From the NCBI GenBank assembly GCA_950097015.1, contig CATNEN010000038.1, positions 28,768,001-28,832,000 on the forward strand: 64,000 nt of DNA. Direction: 5' to 3'. Shown here piece after piece: positions 12,036 to 25,770 of the stretch. This DNA is from Macrostomum hystrix. Lineage: Eukaryota; Animalia; Platyhelminthes. Position 1 is the first letter of the stretch. Each line of letters starts with the position of its first letter. Made by a program: the position numbers and the translations under genes. Under the pieces are notes generated by a model. It searched no databases. It saw nothing but the letters and a program-made list of their open reading frames with translations, and was not told the origin of the DNA.

Positions 12036-13574
12036 GTTTACAATCGCGTCCTAGAATTATGTTTTATCAGAAAAACAATCTGTCCAACTCAAATATTTGT
12101 AGTCGGTTATTGCCTAAACTTGTACGAATTGTGAAATATTATTTGTACTGGATAGTGCACTGTGCACACAAGTAGGAATCGGACGATCCGACACACCTAT
12201 CAACTATGTAATCCACCCACACGTGCCTGAATGCACGCTAGGCTTTTTGTAGACTAGGATATACGCCTATTTTTCTGTAAAAAGTTACACAGTTCAATGC
12301 CAATGGTATATCGGCCCTTAATGCTCTCTGTAAGCTACATACACAGTGTGTGAGCCTGTGTGTGGGGCCTGGCGTGCGTATGTCTGGCGAGTGCGCGAAC
12401 TTGGGGACGATGGAGTCTGGGGTGGTTGGCCGGTGGGGTGAGGTCCCGCCCCTATAGGCGGGGGCGTGAGGGTCGCGTGTCTGAAACGGAGGTGAGGTGG
12501 GTGACACTCAGTCTGTCCTTCCTCCCTTCTCCCTTGCTTCTGTTTTAGGTTTTCCTACCCTTCAAAGCGCAGATAAGCACAGGGCCAGCCTCCCCTTCAC
12601 TTTATTAGTACATTAGCAGGCAGTCGTCATCAACCGGCAAAGCTCACGGCATGACTCATTTTCTAGCCCACTTCTTTCCTATCCGAAAATATGCGTCTTA
12701 CTGTAGCGGTCTCTCATTGGACAAGATTTAAGGATGCGATAGGGATGGCGCCACATCAAGAACTTCCCTACTCTCTTATTTCTATCCCACTCTAGCGTCT
12801 GAGTGAGTGTGTGTGGGGAAGGCCCTCAAGAGTTGAACTCAACTGAGAACTACAGCGTTCAGAACAAGGCCAGGATGATGGCGTGAGCATCCCAGGGTTT
12901 TGTCCCAGACCATGGAATGCAGGCCTATTATGTATAATAGCATCTATTTAAGTCAATAGTGTGAGCAATAGACTTTGAGACGTCTTAATTGCACAGTATT
13001 TGTCCCAGTGTCCAGTCCGTGGACAGCTGAATGAACTCAAGGGCTCAAAGGCCCTTGTGCTAAGGCACGAACTCATGACCTCTCAGTCTGACATTCCCAA
13101 TTTCTCTTTTTTAACAGGCTTCGTCTCTAGAAGGACAATATAGTTCTGAGCTGAAGATATCTCAAAATTTTCATCTTGCCTCAGGAGTTACCTCTAGAAA
13201 CTGAATTTACCTTTCTCTTAAATTTTTAGCTCCTAAATTTCTTCTCGCAGCTGTAGCCTCACACAGTATAGCACATTCTACCAGTATCAACATGTTTAAG
13301 AATATTTTTTCCTTACAAACACATACTTGACTACTTCATTTGTAATTTTCTTGGCTCTCAAATCAAAACAAAAACGTGTAGAACACGCTACTAATTTGTA
13401 AAAGATTAGTAGGATAGTTGGAATTTCCTAAAAAACGTAGTAAAGCTATAAAAATGGTTATACAGATCAATCAAGGTAAAGTCTTCAAGACAAAAAGTAT
13501 TTACCAAGCTAAAATCTGTTAGACGCAACAAAATCTGTAAGCAAACCCAGCAGGCAAAACCCAGCTTGTTATAT

Positions 13575-14485
13575 AACAACGAACCTGTTAGATAAGTCTT
13601 AACTGGTTAGACAAGATCAAACCTGTTAGACAAGATAAAACCTGTTAGACAAAATCAAACCTGTTAGACAAGATCAAACCCGTTAGACAATATTAAACCC
13701 GTTAGACAATATTAAATCTGTTAGACAATATTAAATCTGTTAGACAATATTAAATCCGTTAGACAATATTAAATCTGTTAGACAATATTAAATCTTTTAG
13801 ACAATATTAAATCTGTTAGACAATATTAAATCTGTTAGACAAGATCAAATCTGTTAGACAATATTAAATCTGTTAGACAATATTAAATCTGTTAGACAAT
13901 ATTAAATCAGTTAGACAAGATCAAATCTGTTAGACAAGATCAAATCTGTTAGATAATATCGAACCTGTTAGACAATACTAAATCTGTTAGACAATATCGA
14001 ACCTGTTAGACAAGATTAAATCTGTTAGACTATATTAAACCTGCTAGACAAGATCAAATCTGTTAGATAATATCGAACCTGTTAGACAAGACTAAATCTG
14101 TTAGACAAGATCAAATCTGTTAGACAAGATCAAATCTGTTAGACAAGATCAAATCTGTTAGACAAGATCAAATCTGTTAGACAAGATCAAATCTGTTAGA
14201 CAAGATCAAATCTGTTAGACAAGACCAAGCCTGGTAAACACGATCAAATCTGTTAGACAATATCGAACCTGTTAGACAAGATTAAATCTGTTAGACAATA
14301 TTAAACCTGCTAGACAAGATCAAATCTGTTAGATAATATCGAACCTGTTAGACAAGACTAAATCTGTTAGACAAGATCAAATCTGTTAGACAAGATCAAA
14401 TCTGTTAGACAAGACCAAACCTGGTAAACACGATGAAACCTGTTAGACGATATTAAACTTGTTAGACAAGATCAAGTCTGTTAGA
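13575..14485. repeat. 19-bp minisatellite (ATCTGTTAGACAAGATCAA)
   Basis: About 47 units. Confidence 0.95.
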
Positions 14486-15020
14486 AAAAGAAAATTTTGT
14501 TGGATAATGTAACGGATTATTATGGACCAGAAGCGCAGAGAACAAGAAAGTTTCTGTGTCTTCTGCTTTCAGTTCTGAGAACACTCTTGCACGGAGTCTG
14601 AGTAAATTTTCTATTTGTAAAATGAAAGAAAAACAGCAAAATGTGTCTAATTTAGTTTTGGCCAGTTGAAAATGCACAACTCAGAAAGATTCCTTTTCTA
14701 ATTGTCCCAGCCACCTCCTATTGTTCAGCAGCAGTTCATGCAAGAGCAGCTATCGCACTGAGAAGATATTTAGCCAGGTGCTAAATAAGAGCAACTCTAT
14801 ATTATTCTTTTTAGCTCTTAGAAAAAAATACGATATAGCTTGGAAGACGCAACCTTATCTTTGCAAACCCACAGTATAGGACAGAATACGAGTATAATAA
14901 TTCAGGATTTCCATATCCAACTATGAAATATCTATTATTTTATTTTTATGTTGTGCACGCAATTATTTAAGTAGAGTTTAGGATTCTTATCACCTTGTTT
15001 TAAACGAAAAACTTTTGATA

Positions 15021-18000
15021 ATGACAAATTTAACAGCAATTTTAACAGTTGTTCTCTTGATGATTTCGTTGAATAACATGGGTAAGTTTTTATTGCTTTT
15101 TATTGATGGAGTTAAAAAAATGTTTGTCTTTACTGCTGCGTTGAGTTTGAGTCGAGTGTTAGATGTGACACATTGCCTCTCGGATTGAAATTTTCACCGG
15201 TTCGATACAAATTCGCACCTGTTCGTTTTAAACGCTTGTCAATCACTGTTCTGAATAAATTGTCACCTGTTCTCGATAAATTGTCACCTGTTCTCAATTA
15301 ATTGTCACCTGTTCTCGATAAATTGTCACCTGTTCTCGATAAATTGTCACCTGTTCTCGATAAATTGTCACCTGTTCTCGATTAATTGTCACCTGTTCTC
15401 GATAAATTGTCACCTGTTCTCGATTAATTGTCACCTGTTCTCGATTAATTGTCACCTGTTCTCGATTAATTGTCACCTGTTCTCGATAAATTGTCACCTG
15501 TTCTCGATTAATTGTCACCTGTTCTCGATAAATTGTCACCTGTTCTCGATTAATTGTCACCTGTTCTCGATTAATTGTCACCTGTTCTCGATTAATTGTC
15601 ACCTGTTCTCGATAAATTGTCACCTGTTCTCGATTAATTGTCACCTGTTCTCGATTAATTGTCACCTGTTCTCGATTAATTGTCACCTGTTCTCGATTAA
15701 TTGTCACATGTTCTCGATTAATTGTCACCTGTTCTCGATTAATTGTCACCTGTTCTCGATTAATTGTCACCTGTTCTCGATTAATTGTCACCTGTTCTCG
15801 ATTAATTGTCACATGTTCTCGATTAATTGTCACCTGTTCTCGATTAATTGTCACATGTTCTCGATAAATTGTCACCTATTCTCGATAAATTGTCACCTGT
15901 TCTCGATAAATTGTCACCTGTTCTCAATTAATTGTCACCTGTTCTCGATAAATTGTCACCTGTTCTCGATAAATTGTCACCTGTTCTCGATAAATTGTCA
16001 CCTGTTCTCGATTAATTGTCACCTGTTCTCGATAAATTGTCACCTGTTCTCGATTAATTGTCACCTGTTCTCGATAAATTGTCACCTGTTCTCGATTAAT
16101 TGTCACCTGTTCTCGATTAATTGTCACCTGTTCTCGATTAATTGTCACCTGTTCTCGATAAATTGTCACCTGTTCTCGACTAATTGTCACCTGTTCTCGA
16201 TAAATTGTCACCTGTTCTCGATAAAGTGTCACCTTTATCAATAAAGTGTCACCTGTTCTCGATAAAGTGTCACCTGTTCTCGATAAAGTGTCACCTGTTA
16301 TCGATAAAGTGTCACCTGTTCTCGATAAAGTGTCACCTGTTCTCGATAAAGTGTCACCTGTTTTTTTTAAATTGTCACTTGTTCTCGATAAATTGCCACC
16401 TGTTCTCGATAAAGTGTCACCTGTTTTTTATAAATTGTCACCTGTTCTCGATTAATTGTCACCTGTTCTCGATAAAGTGTCACCTGTTCTCGATAAAGTG
16501 TCACCTGTTCTCGATAAAGTGTCACCTGTTCTCGATAAAGTGTCACCTGTTTTTTTTAAATTGTCACTTGTTCTCGATAAATTGCCACCTGTTCTCGATA
16601 AAGTGTCACCTGTTCTCGATAAAGTGTCACCTGTTCTCGATAAAGTGTCACCTGTTCTCGATAAAGTGTCACCTGTTCTCGATAAAGTGTCACCTGTTTT
16701 TTTTAAATTGTCACTTGTTCTCGATAAATTGCCACCTGTTCTCGATAAAGTGTCACCTGTTTTTTATAAATTGTCACCTGTTCTCGATTAATTGTCACCT
16801 GTTCTCGATAAAGTGTCACCTGTTCTCGATAAAGTGTCACCTGTTCTCGATAAAGTGTCACCTTTTCTCGATAAAGTGTCACCTGTTTTTTTTAAATTGT
16901 CACTTGTTCTCGATAAAGTGTCACCTGTTCTCGATAAAGTGTCACCTGTTTTTTATAAATTGTCACCTGTTCTCGATTAATTGTCAACAGTTTTTTATAA
17001 ATTGTCACTTGTTCTCGATAAATTGTCACCTGTTCTCGACTAATTGTCAACAGTTTTTTATAAATTGTCACTTGTTCTCGATTAATTGTCCTCTGTTCTG
17101 GATAAAGTGTCACCTGTTCTCGATAAATTTTCGTAAAATTCTCTAGACTGAGTAGTTAGGTTTGAACTTCAATAACTTAAAACTATTTTGAAATTTCTTA
17201 TTAACACTTGTAATCGATAAATTGTCATATGTTATCGATAAGTTGTCATCTGTTTGCTATAAATGATCACCTTTTCGATACTAAGAGCTAAATGTTAGAC
17301 ATGAAATTTAAATTTGTTTGAAATTAGGCAAGCACATAGGTTGCCGCGCATTAGTATGACGATGTAGCCAAAATGTATGAGCTAAAAAACCAAGATCAAG
17401 TAATGTGTAAACATTACAATCAAAATGTCTACAACCATGGCCCAATATGGACTAATTAGATAAACATTCTTAAAATATTGAACTGTGTCTTTCGCAAACC
17501 ATGTAAGTTTACGATAATTTCGGCAGCCCTGCTAGTAGGAATCATCAAGATTTAAATATTTAAAATTAGCAATTTAAAACAAATAAAATTATCGCTAAAA
17601 CTTGTCGAAAACAGTTTGTGTCCTCTCGCCATCAGATAGACTAATGATGTGACGATTAATGTGACGATCGCCTTTGGCGGTGTAAGGCACAGCAAACTTG
17701 GCAATGATTATGACATATAATATTATCACCGTGGCAATCAACGAGTGTATCTCATTTTCAAACCGCAGTTTTATGCAGCGATGACGAAGTGAAGCTTGTC
17801 AACATGCTGTTCGATCACCGAGGCTACAATCGACTAATTAGGCCAGTTACTGAGCTCAACATGACCGTACAGGTGGACTTCGGTCTAGCCATAGTGCAGC
17901 TTATCAATGTGGTACTGGAAAATGAGAACAAATCATATTCAACTGTTTTTAAGGTTCTATAGTTACTAAGGATAATTATAGTATTATTGTTATTAGCAGG

Positions 18001-20996
18001 ATGCCGCGGGCAATGGCACATTATTTGGTGACACTTGACCTGCAGCCAGCGAGGAGGCAATTCTGCCCGTTCCGCTGACTCCTGAGCACACAATCAAACC
18101 GGTTTGTACAACTGCCCTGACTTTCTCATTGTCAGGCAGTGTACACTCTCACTGTGCCTTGGATGTTGGCCCTTGAGAGCGTAAATTGCACGACAAGCCC
18201 CCAGGCCTCATCTCCATGTCTGCGCCCTAAAATGAATGTGGCCTCTCCGCGGAATCGAGCTCGGGACCTTGGTGCGAGAGGCAAACGCGTTAGACCGCTC
18301 TGCCACTTTCCACTCTTTTGAAACATATTCCAACATAGAAGCCCATCTCTCCTGAATTTTGTAGGATGAAAAAAGTCAAACAATGAAAACTAATGTGTGG
18401 CTAAGAATGGTGAGTTGAAATGAATTGGTGAAGTAAATCTCTAATGTTATAATAAAATAATCACACTGTTTTGTACAACTCATATCGCAGACTTGGTATG
18501 ACTATCAGCTTCGTTGGGATCCCGCTGACTTTGGTGGAATTCAAGTGATCAGAGTGAGCCCTAGCAAAGTCTGGAAGCCAGACATTGTGCTGTTTAACAA
18601 GTGAGTGCGCAGATGTACGAGTAGCTCTTGTCCAATTCGAGTCATTTAACTTTTGCATAGTACATTTGTGTTCAGTCCATTAGAGGTACCTTGAGTTGAT
18701 TACTTAGCCAGTACAGTACAGCCGCAGCTAATACTTGGCGCTTTCAAAGGCTGTCTGTGTATAGCTGCAGGACTGCAGGGGCCTCCAAAGCCATGCAAAT
18801 TTTCACCCCAGCTAATAACAATGGTACCCATTTTACAGCTTGGGGAACTGATCACCATGGAGTTAAGCGTCTTGCTATTTTTTGAGTCGAATATCTCGAA
18901 CCGAGCACCTGTATTTATGACTATTTTTTCGTTCAGCGCCGACGGAAAGTACGAAGTGTCTTGGCAGCCTAATGTGCTGGTGTTCAGCAACGGAGTGATC
19001 ATGTGGATACCGCCCGCTATCTATCAGAGTTCCTGCACCATCTATGTCAAGTATTTTCCATTTGATCAGCAGGAATGCGAAATGAAGTTTGGAAGCTGGA
19101 CATTTGACGCCAATCAGGTTTGGGATTAAATACAAATTTAGCAGAGTATAAAAGTATACGTGTTAGGGGGTGAGTGGCAGAGTGGCTAATGCGTTTGCCT
19201 CTCGCACCAAAGTTACTGAGCTCGATTCCGCGGCGATAACCACATTCATTTGGGGCGCAGCCACGGAGAGAAGGCTTCAGGGCTTGTCGTGCAATTTACG
19301 CCCTTGAGGGCTAACCTCCAAGGCACAGTGAAAGTATGCACTGCCTGACAATGAGTTAGTCAGGGCAGGTGTGTATACCCATGTGAGCGTGTGCCTGCGC
19401 TCAGTATTTTTGTGCGTGTGTGCTCTAGAGTAAGCAAAGTGGGCAGAGTTGCCACTAGAGTTCGTCGCTGGCGGCGGGTCTAGTGTCACCAAATGGTGTG
19501 CCATTGCCCGCAACCTTCGTGCGAATATTAATGTAATATAAGTGTTTTACTGGGTATAACCGAGCTGCTCTCGCGCATGTGTACTTCAAACCGGCAACTA
19601 TAACGCTGCAGGCTGATTGACATTCGGTTAATGATATGTTAGCAATCTGAGTGGACAATTTATTTTATAACCTATTCAACTGATTTTCAGGTGATTCTCG
19701 GCTGGTACGAGAATTCCAAAGTGGCTGATCTCACCGACTACTGGAAGTCCGGCTCCTGGGACATCATCGATTGTCCCGGCAACATCACCCGGATAGAACG
19801 ACCAGGCCACGCGCCCCAGGTGATGATGATCTTCAAGCTAACAATCCGGCGCAAGACCCTTTTCTACACAGTCAACCTCATCATTCCATGTGTGCTCATC
19901 TCGTTTCTCAGCGTGTGCGTTTTTTACCTGCCAGCCGACGCGGGCGAAAAAATGACCCTCTGCATCTCCATCTTGCTGGCTCTAGTTGTGTTTCTCCTGC
20001 TGGTTAGCAAAATCCTGCCACCAACAGCTATCGCAGTGCCTTTGATATCAAAGTACCTACTATTTACATTCGTTATGAACATAATCACAATCGTGTTCAC
20101 CGTCATCATCATCAACTGGAACTTCCGAACTCCGCGAACCCACACAATGCCCGGGTGGGTTCGCTCTGTGTTCCTGTGGCGCCTGCCGCGCCTACTTCGC
20201 ATGAAGCGGCCGAGCCATATTGAGCGCGAACAGCAGCGGCTGAGTCGGCTGCGGCGGATTGATGTTGAACCGGATACAGAAGACGCCGGTGTTGTCGGCG
20301 AATGCAACGGAGTCCGGGCCAGTTCACAGCAAGCGTTTCGACTGCATCGAATGGGCGCCGGAACAGTCAGCTTTGAAAGCCTCGACGGTGACGCTCGGCG
20401 ACCTAGCGAACGTCGCAACGAACAAGGCACAAGCTTCGGCGGGATGAAAGTAACGCCAGAGCTGCGTCGAGCCATCGGGGCGATAAATTTTATTTCCACG
20501 CATATGCAAATGGAGGAAGATTTTTCCCAGGTAAAAAGGCCGTATAGCCAGATGAGATTCAATATTTCAGGGTGTCTACTAGCATGCTCTATGAAGATTA
20601 CTTATGAGTAGCTGTGAGTAGTAGAGGAAACTATTGTCTATAATATTATTAGTACTGATAAAGAAGAGGCACATGTAATGGGAGTTGCAAGCTTAGAAAG
20701 TACTTTTTAGGACAATGAAGAATAGAGCTCGTATTTTGAGGTAGATGAACGTTGTTCCCTCGGCTACGCATGTCTGCGTGCTTCTGTGTTCTGATCACCA
20801 ACTGCTGTGTTTTCAACGTTGGCAGGTGCTCCAAGACTGGAAATATGTCGCTTCGGTTATCGATCGCATCCAGCTGTTGATTTTTGCCTCCGTGACGGTG
20901 ATCGGCACCGTAGCAATCTTGGTTGACGCACCATTCATCATGGACTTCATTGACCAGGAACAGATCATCAAAAAACTCACTGGTGTCAGCCAGTAG
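15021..20996 (+). CDS. Nicotinic acetylcholine receptor non-alpha subunit (insect beta1 / nematode UNC-29/LEV-1-like), about 516 aa
   Basis: Exons 15021-15081 (signal MTNLTAILTVVLLMISLNNM), 17769-17911, 18365-18409, 18491-18600, 18937-19117, 19691-20530 and 20826-20996; 1551 nt in frame. Cys-loop SSCTIYVKYFPFDQQEC. No vicinal Cys in loop C. M2 GEKMTLCISILLALVVFLLLVSK (cationic). DWKYVASVIDR precedes M4. Confidence 0.93.
15250..17130. repeat. 21/20-bp minisatellite (TTGTCACCTGTTCTCGATTAA), nAChR-beta intron 1
   Basis: About 90 units; switches to a 20-bp variant (GTGTCACCTGTTCTCGATAA) after about 16220. Confidence 0.97.
17985..18305 (-). mobile_element. SINE family A copy in intron
   Basis: Head GTGGCAGAGCGGTCTAACGCGTTTGCCTCTCGCACC...CTCGATTCC on the minus strand. 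Confidence 0.88.
18715..18875 (-). mobile_element. SINE family B (CORE) degenerate fragment
   Basis: Reverse complement contains AGCAAGACGCTTAACTC...CAGTTCCCCAAGCTGTAAAATGGGTACC. Confidence 0.65.
19165..19535 (+). mobile_element. SINE family A, full-length copy
   Basis: GGGGGTGAGTGGCAGAGTGGCTAATGCGTTTGCCTCTCGCACC...GCTCGATTCC head followed by the conserved body. Confidence 0.88.
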
Positions 20997-21834
20997 ACTG
21001 AATTAACTTTAATAACAGGATGTGGACATGACGCTAAACCCATGCACAACATCGAGTTTGCAAAAGTTTTCTAACTTAACATTAATATCAGTTACGACAG
21101 CTTGGATCAGCTGAAAGTTTCACTTTTTATAGTAATTACTCATGTTCAAATGCAAAATTTATTCGTAGCTATTTACACTGAGGCTCGTAATGCTTATTAA
21201 TGTAATCGCGTCATTGGTGTGTGTGCACGCTTGTAAGTCGTATAAACCGCATGAATCATTTGGATTCTTTAGAGCTTAAAATTGTTGACTACTGTGAATG
21301 TACGAACTGGTTAAAACATGGCTAGATTAAAACTGGTCCTTCGGAGCCCAGGATGTGACTCATTATGTTGTCCATTCTAAATAGAATAATGATATTCTAT
21401 AGCGCGTAAGTAGCACCATCGTTATGTTCAATGTTATAAATAGAATTTATGCTAGCAAATAAATTCCCCCCTAGCTGGGTGGAAAGGAGAATTTGCTTTG
21501 AAAATTTGACAAAATGACAAATTTTAAGTCCATTGGTGCTGCCATCAATGGACTAATGTTCCAACCTTCGAAATTTAATATTTAATGACTTTTAACTTTG
21601 TAGTACGTTTCATAAATTAAAAAGACGAATAAATAAATAATTATTTTTGCATACAATAGGTAACTTGGTCTGAGTTTTAATTCCTCGTTTACTAAAATAA
21701 GCAACTTTAGCGTCCCTTCGGGAACTAATGTCCCCCTAGCATCGAAATATCTCCCAGCAGTCAACCAATATCCCTTCGCAGCATTCAATCAATGCCTCCC
21801 CAGCAGGCAACCAATGCCCTTCACTGTAACTGTA

Positions 21835-23060
21835 AGAATCCTTAGAAAACTGTTATACTCTTTAGAAAATTATTAGGCTCCTTAGAAAACAGTTAGACTC
21901 CTTAGAAAACTGTTAGACTCCTAAGAAAACTGTTAGAATCCTTAGAAAACTGTTAGACTCTTTAGAAAACAGTTAGACTCCTTAGAAAACTGTTAGACTC
22001 CTTAGAAAACTGTTAGACTCTTTAGAAAAAGATTAGGCTCCTTAGAAAACTGTTAGACTCCTTAGAAAACTGTTAGACTCTTTAGAAAAAGATTAGGCTC
22101 CTTAGAAATCTGTTATACTCCTTAGAAAACTGTTAGACTCTTTAGAAAAAGATTAGGCTCCTTAGAAAACTGTTAGACTCCTTAGAAAACTGTTAGACTC
22201 CTTAGAAAACTGTTAGACTCCTTAGAAAACTGTTAGACTCCTAAGAAAACTGTTAGACTCTTTAGAAAACTGTTAGACTCTTTAGAAAACTGTTAGACTC
22301 TTTAGAAAAAGATTAGGCTCCTTAGAAAACTGTTAGACTCCTTAGAAAACTGTTAGACTCCTTAGAAAACTGTTAGACTCCTTAGAAAACTGTTAGACTC
22401 CTAAGAAAACTGTTAGACTCCTAAGAAAACTGTTAGACTCTTTAGAAAACTGTTAGACTCTTTAGAAAAAGATTAGGCTCCTTAGAAAACTGTTAGACTC
22501 CTTAGAAAACTGTTAGACTCTTTAGAAAAAGATTAGGCTCCTTAGAAATCTGTTATACTCCTTAGAAAACTGTTAGACTCTTTAGAAAAAGATTAGGCTC
22601 CTTAGAAAACTGTTAGACTCCTTAGAAAACTGTTAGACTCCTTAGAAAACTGTTAGACTCCTAAGAAAACTGTTAGACTCTTTAGAAAACTGTTAGACTC
22701 TTTAGAAAACTGTTAGACTCTTTAGAAAAAGATTAGGCTCCTTAGAAAACTGTTAGACTCCTTAGAAAACTGTTAGACTCCTTAGAAAACTGTTAGACTC
22801 CTTAGAAAACTGTTAGACTCCTAAGAAAACTGTTAGACTCCTAAGAAAACTGTTAGACTCTTTAGAAAACTGTTAGACTCTTTAGAAAACTGTTAGACTC
22901 TTTAGAAAACGGTTAGACTCCTTAGAAAACTGTTAGACTCCTTAGAAAATATTAGGCTCCTTAGAAAACTGTTAGACTCCTTAGAAAATTGTTAGACTCC
23001 TTAGAAAACTGTTAGACTCCTTAGAAAATATTAGGCTCCTTAGAAAACTGTTAGACTACT
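21835..23060. repeat. 20-bp minisatellite (CTTAGAAAACTGTTAGACTC)
   Basis: About 60 units; variant units recur at 420-440-bp spacing, indicating higher-order duplication. Confidence 0.97.
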
Positions 23061-23317
23061 TTATAAACTGTTCAACACGTTAAAAAACTTTTAGACGCAT
23101 TTAGAAAGCGGTAACTGTTGCACACATTTAGAAAACTGCAAAGAATATTCATGCTTTCACCTCGATAAATCTTGCTTTTCTCTTGATAAACCAAGCTACC
23201 CCCTAGATAATTTATGCTATCCATTCGCTAATTCATTCTACCTTCTCGATTATTCATGCTTTCCCCTTTATAACTCATTTTACCCACTCGATAATTTATT
23301 CACTGCCCTAAATGCTT

Positions 23318-24682
23318 CGGGTGTCCGGAAAGTCATGAGAATGTGTTATTCTAACTACTTAGACACAAGCTATTGACAAGATACTGTACCATTCTAACAC
23401 TTGACTTAATATATGTCTATGGCTGAAAGAGCTAGATTCTTGCTTCAAATTTGGGGGTAAGGCTGATGGTTATAACTTAGAAGTCTAGGCCACTGCAACG
23501 CAGAGGCAAAGCAAGCATCTATCGTTACTTTTTTCTTCATTGATCCTTGCTGCTGCTTTGAGATGGACGAGTTTCAAGCTTATGCTTATACCAGGTATAA
23601 GCTTGGTATATCTGCTCCTGATTGCCATGGAGAACTGCTGAAAGTGCATGGAGATGTGGCGCCTGGTCTGTCGTCAGTGTACCGATGGTACACAAGGTTC
23701 CGTGACGAGTCGTACCCACTGGCCCAAGCTGCCCGTACTGGCCGGCCGAGATCGACGAGAACACCAGAGCTGATCGAGACCTGCAGAAATCTCGTGAAAG
23801 AAGACCCAAAAGTGAGTGTCAGAGATCTTGCTGACTTCATGGAGGTTGGGAAATCAACAGTGCATGAAATATTGACTGAAGACCTGCAACTTCGCAATGT
23901 GTCTGCCGTGTGGGTCCCGCATGTTCTCTCCGAGGAGAACAAGGTTGCTCGCGTCAATTGTGCCAAGCAAATACGTCGGATTTTTCATACCGAGGGCATG
24001 ACCAGCTTCTGCAACAAGTACGTGGTGGAGGACGAGACGTGGGTGTACCTTAAAAACACTGGTACACGGCAGAACAACCGGTGCTGGCTGGGTCAAGGCG
24101 ACCATCGACCTCAAGTTGTGAGACACTCAGTCGGGGACCCAAAGACAATGCTGGTAGTCGCTTTCACCCCAAGCAAGCGATTCTCTATCATGTCAACGGC
24201 GCCAAAGCAGACTGTTGATGCCAATCGCATCGTTGAATTCGTTCGACACACAGGTGACCTATGGCGGAGCCTCAGATCACAGCCAATTCATTTGTCCGAA
24301 GTCTTGTGGCAGTGGGACAACGCACGACCTATGTGGCCCAGCCTGTGCAGCAGTACATGGAGACTCGTGGAGTTCAACTGCTTTTTCAGAGTCCCTACAG
24401 CCCTGATTTCAATTTATGCGACCGTTTTTTCTTCAATTGGCTGAAATCGGACTTCTCGAAGCGGGAGTTCAGCAGCCACGATGAGGTCCACGAGGCCGCG
24501 TTGCAGTGGGCGAGGGGTCCGGATGCAAACTGCTTGAAACGCGAGGTTCTACGGCTCGTGGAGCACTGCCAAGCTGTGATTGACTTCAGGGGAAATTACA
24601 TTACTGATTAGTAAAGTTTCACTGTTCTGCGCGTTTTTATAATTAACCTTTTGTAGTTTTCTCATGACTTTCCGGACACCCG
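23318..24682 (+). mobile_element. Mariner (DD34D) DNA transposon, about 1.36 kb
   Basis: 24-bp TIRs CGGGTGTCCGGAAAGTCATGAGAA (23318-23341 and 24659-24682). Inserted in a degenerate CCCTCGATAATTCATGCTA repeat tract. Confidence 0.92.
23563..24611 (+). pseudogene. Mariner transposase with a single 1-bp deletion frameshift at about 24330
   Basis: HTH, RTGRPR, WVPHVL, EDETW, WDNARP[H]VAQ and SPYSPDFNLCD motifs; 34 residues between the last two Asp once one C is restored. Confidence 0.88.
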
Positions 24683-24689
24683 GAATAAT

Positions 24690-25020
24690 TGATACTTCCC
24701 CTCTCGACAATTCATGCTTCCTTCTCGATAATTTAGACAACCCTCTTGATAACTCATGCTACCCTCTCGATAGGTCATGTTTTCCTATTGATAATTTATG
24801 CTTCCCCCTGGATTGTTCATGCTATCCCCTCGATAAGTCGTGCATTACCCTCTATAATATATGCAACCCTCTCGACAATTCATGCTACCCTCTCAATAAT
24901 TCATGCTATCCCCTCGATAAGTCGTGCATTACCCTCTATAATATATGCAACCCTCTCGACAATTCATGCTACCCTCTCAATAATTCATGCTATCCCTTCG
25001 ATAAATCATGCTACCCTCTT
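24690..25020. repeat. Degenerate 21-bp repeat (CCCTCTCGATAATTCATGCTA); related tracts at 23150-23300 and 27160-27510
   Basis: Diverged units flanking the mariner and the 20-bp array. Confidence 0.8.
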
Positions 25021-25770
25021 TAAAAATCATTTTAATATCTTGAATTTTTTTTCCTGAAAGTATTTTGCTATTATCTGAAAATCTCATTCTTTCTCCTGGA
25101 AATCTCATGCTTTTTCCCGCAATTTACTTTAAATCTCATGCTGCTATCCATTGGCATCTAGCGCTATATTCTTTAGTTTCGTGTTCTCATTCTAATTATT
25201 AATTATGTTTTCAAAATACACAAAAGCAATGATTGCTTCCCTGCACGAAAAAACGTTTTGTTTTTCAAGAGTATTGCTATTAGCTAGGATTAAAATATTT
25301 TCTTCCTAGTTTTGAATCTAATAACGATTACACAAATGCTCGAAACACTTTTCTTTCGTTTTGAAAATAAAAGAACGCTATCAGCTAGGTATGCTCAACC
25401 AGTCTTCATTTATTTTTTATCCTATTGAATATTGCCTGGAAAAATACTTGGAAAAAACGTTAAAAAAATGAGCAACGCTAGTACGCTAATAGCTGTGCTC
25501 AAAGTATTTTCTAATATTTCTGAATCTAAATTACGCTGGCAGATATGCTCGAAAATTCTTACCTCAGTTTTGTATCGAATTAAACTTCCTGCTGCACTCG
25601 AAAAAAAGTATTTTTTTTCTCAGACCGAGAAGAGTTATTAAGCGAAAAATTATTTGCTTTGACAGTAGCTAATCAATAGCTCTTACTATTAACAGTTAGT
25701 TGTACTCAAAAAACCTTAAAAGACTTATACTTACGTTTTTAACTGTTGATGATAGAAGATTACTCAATAT

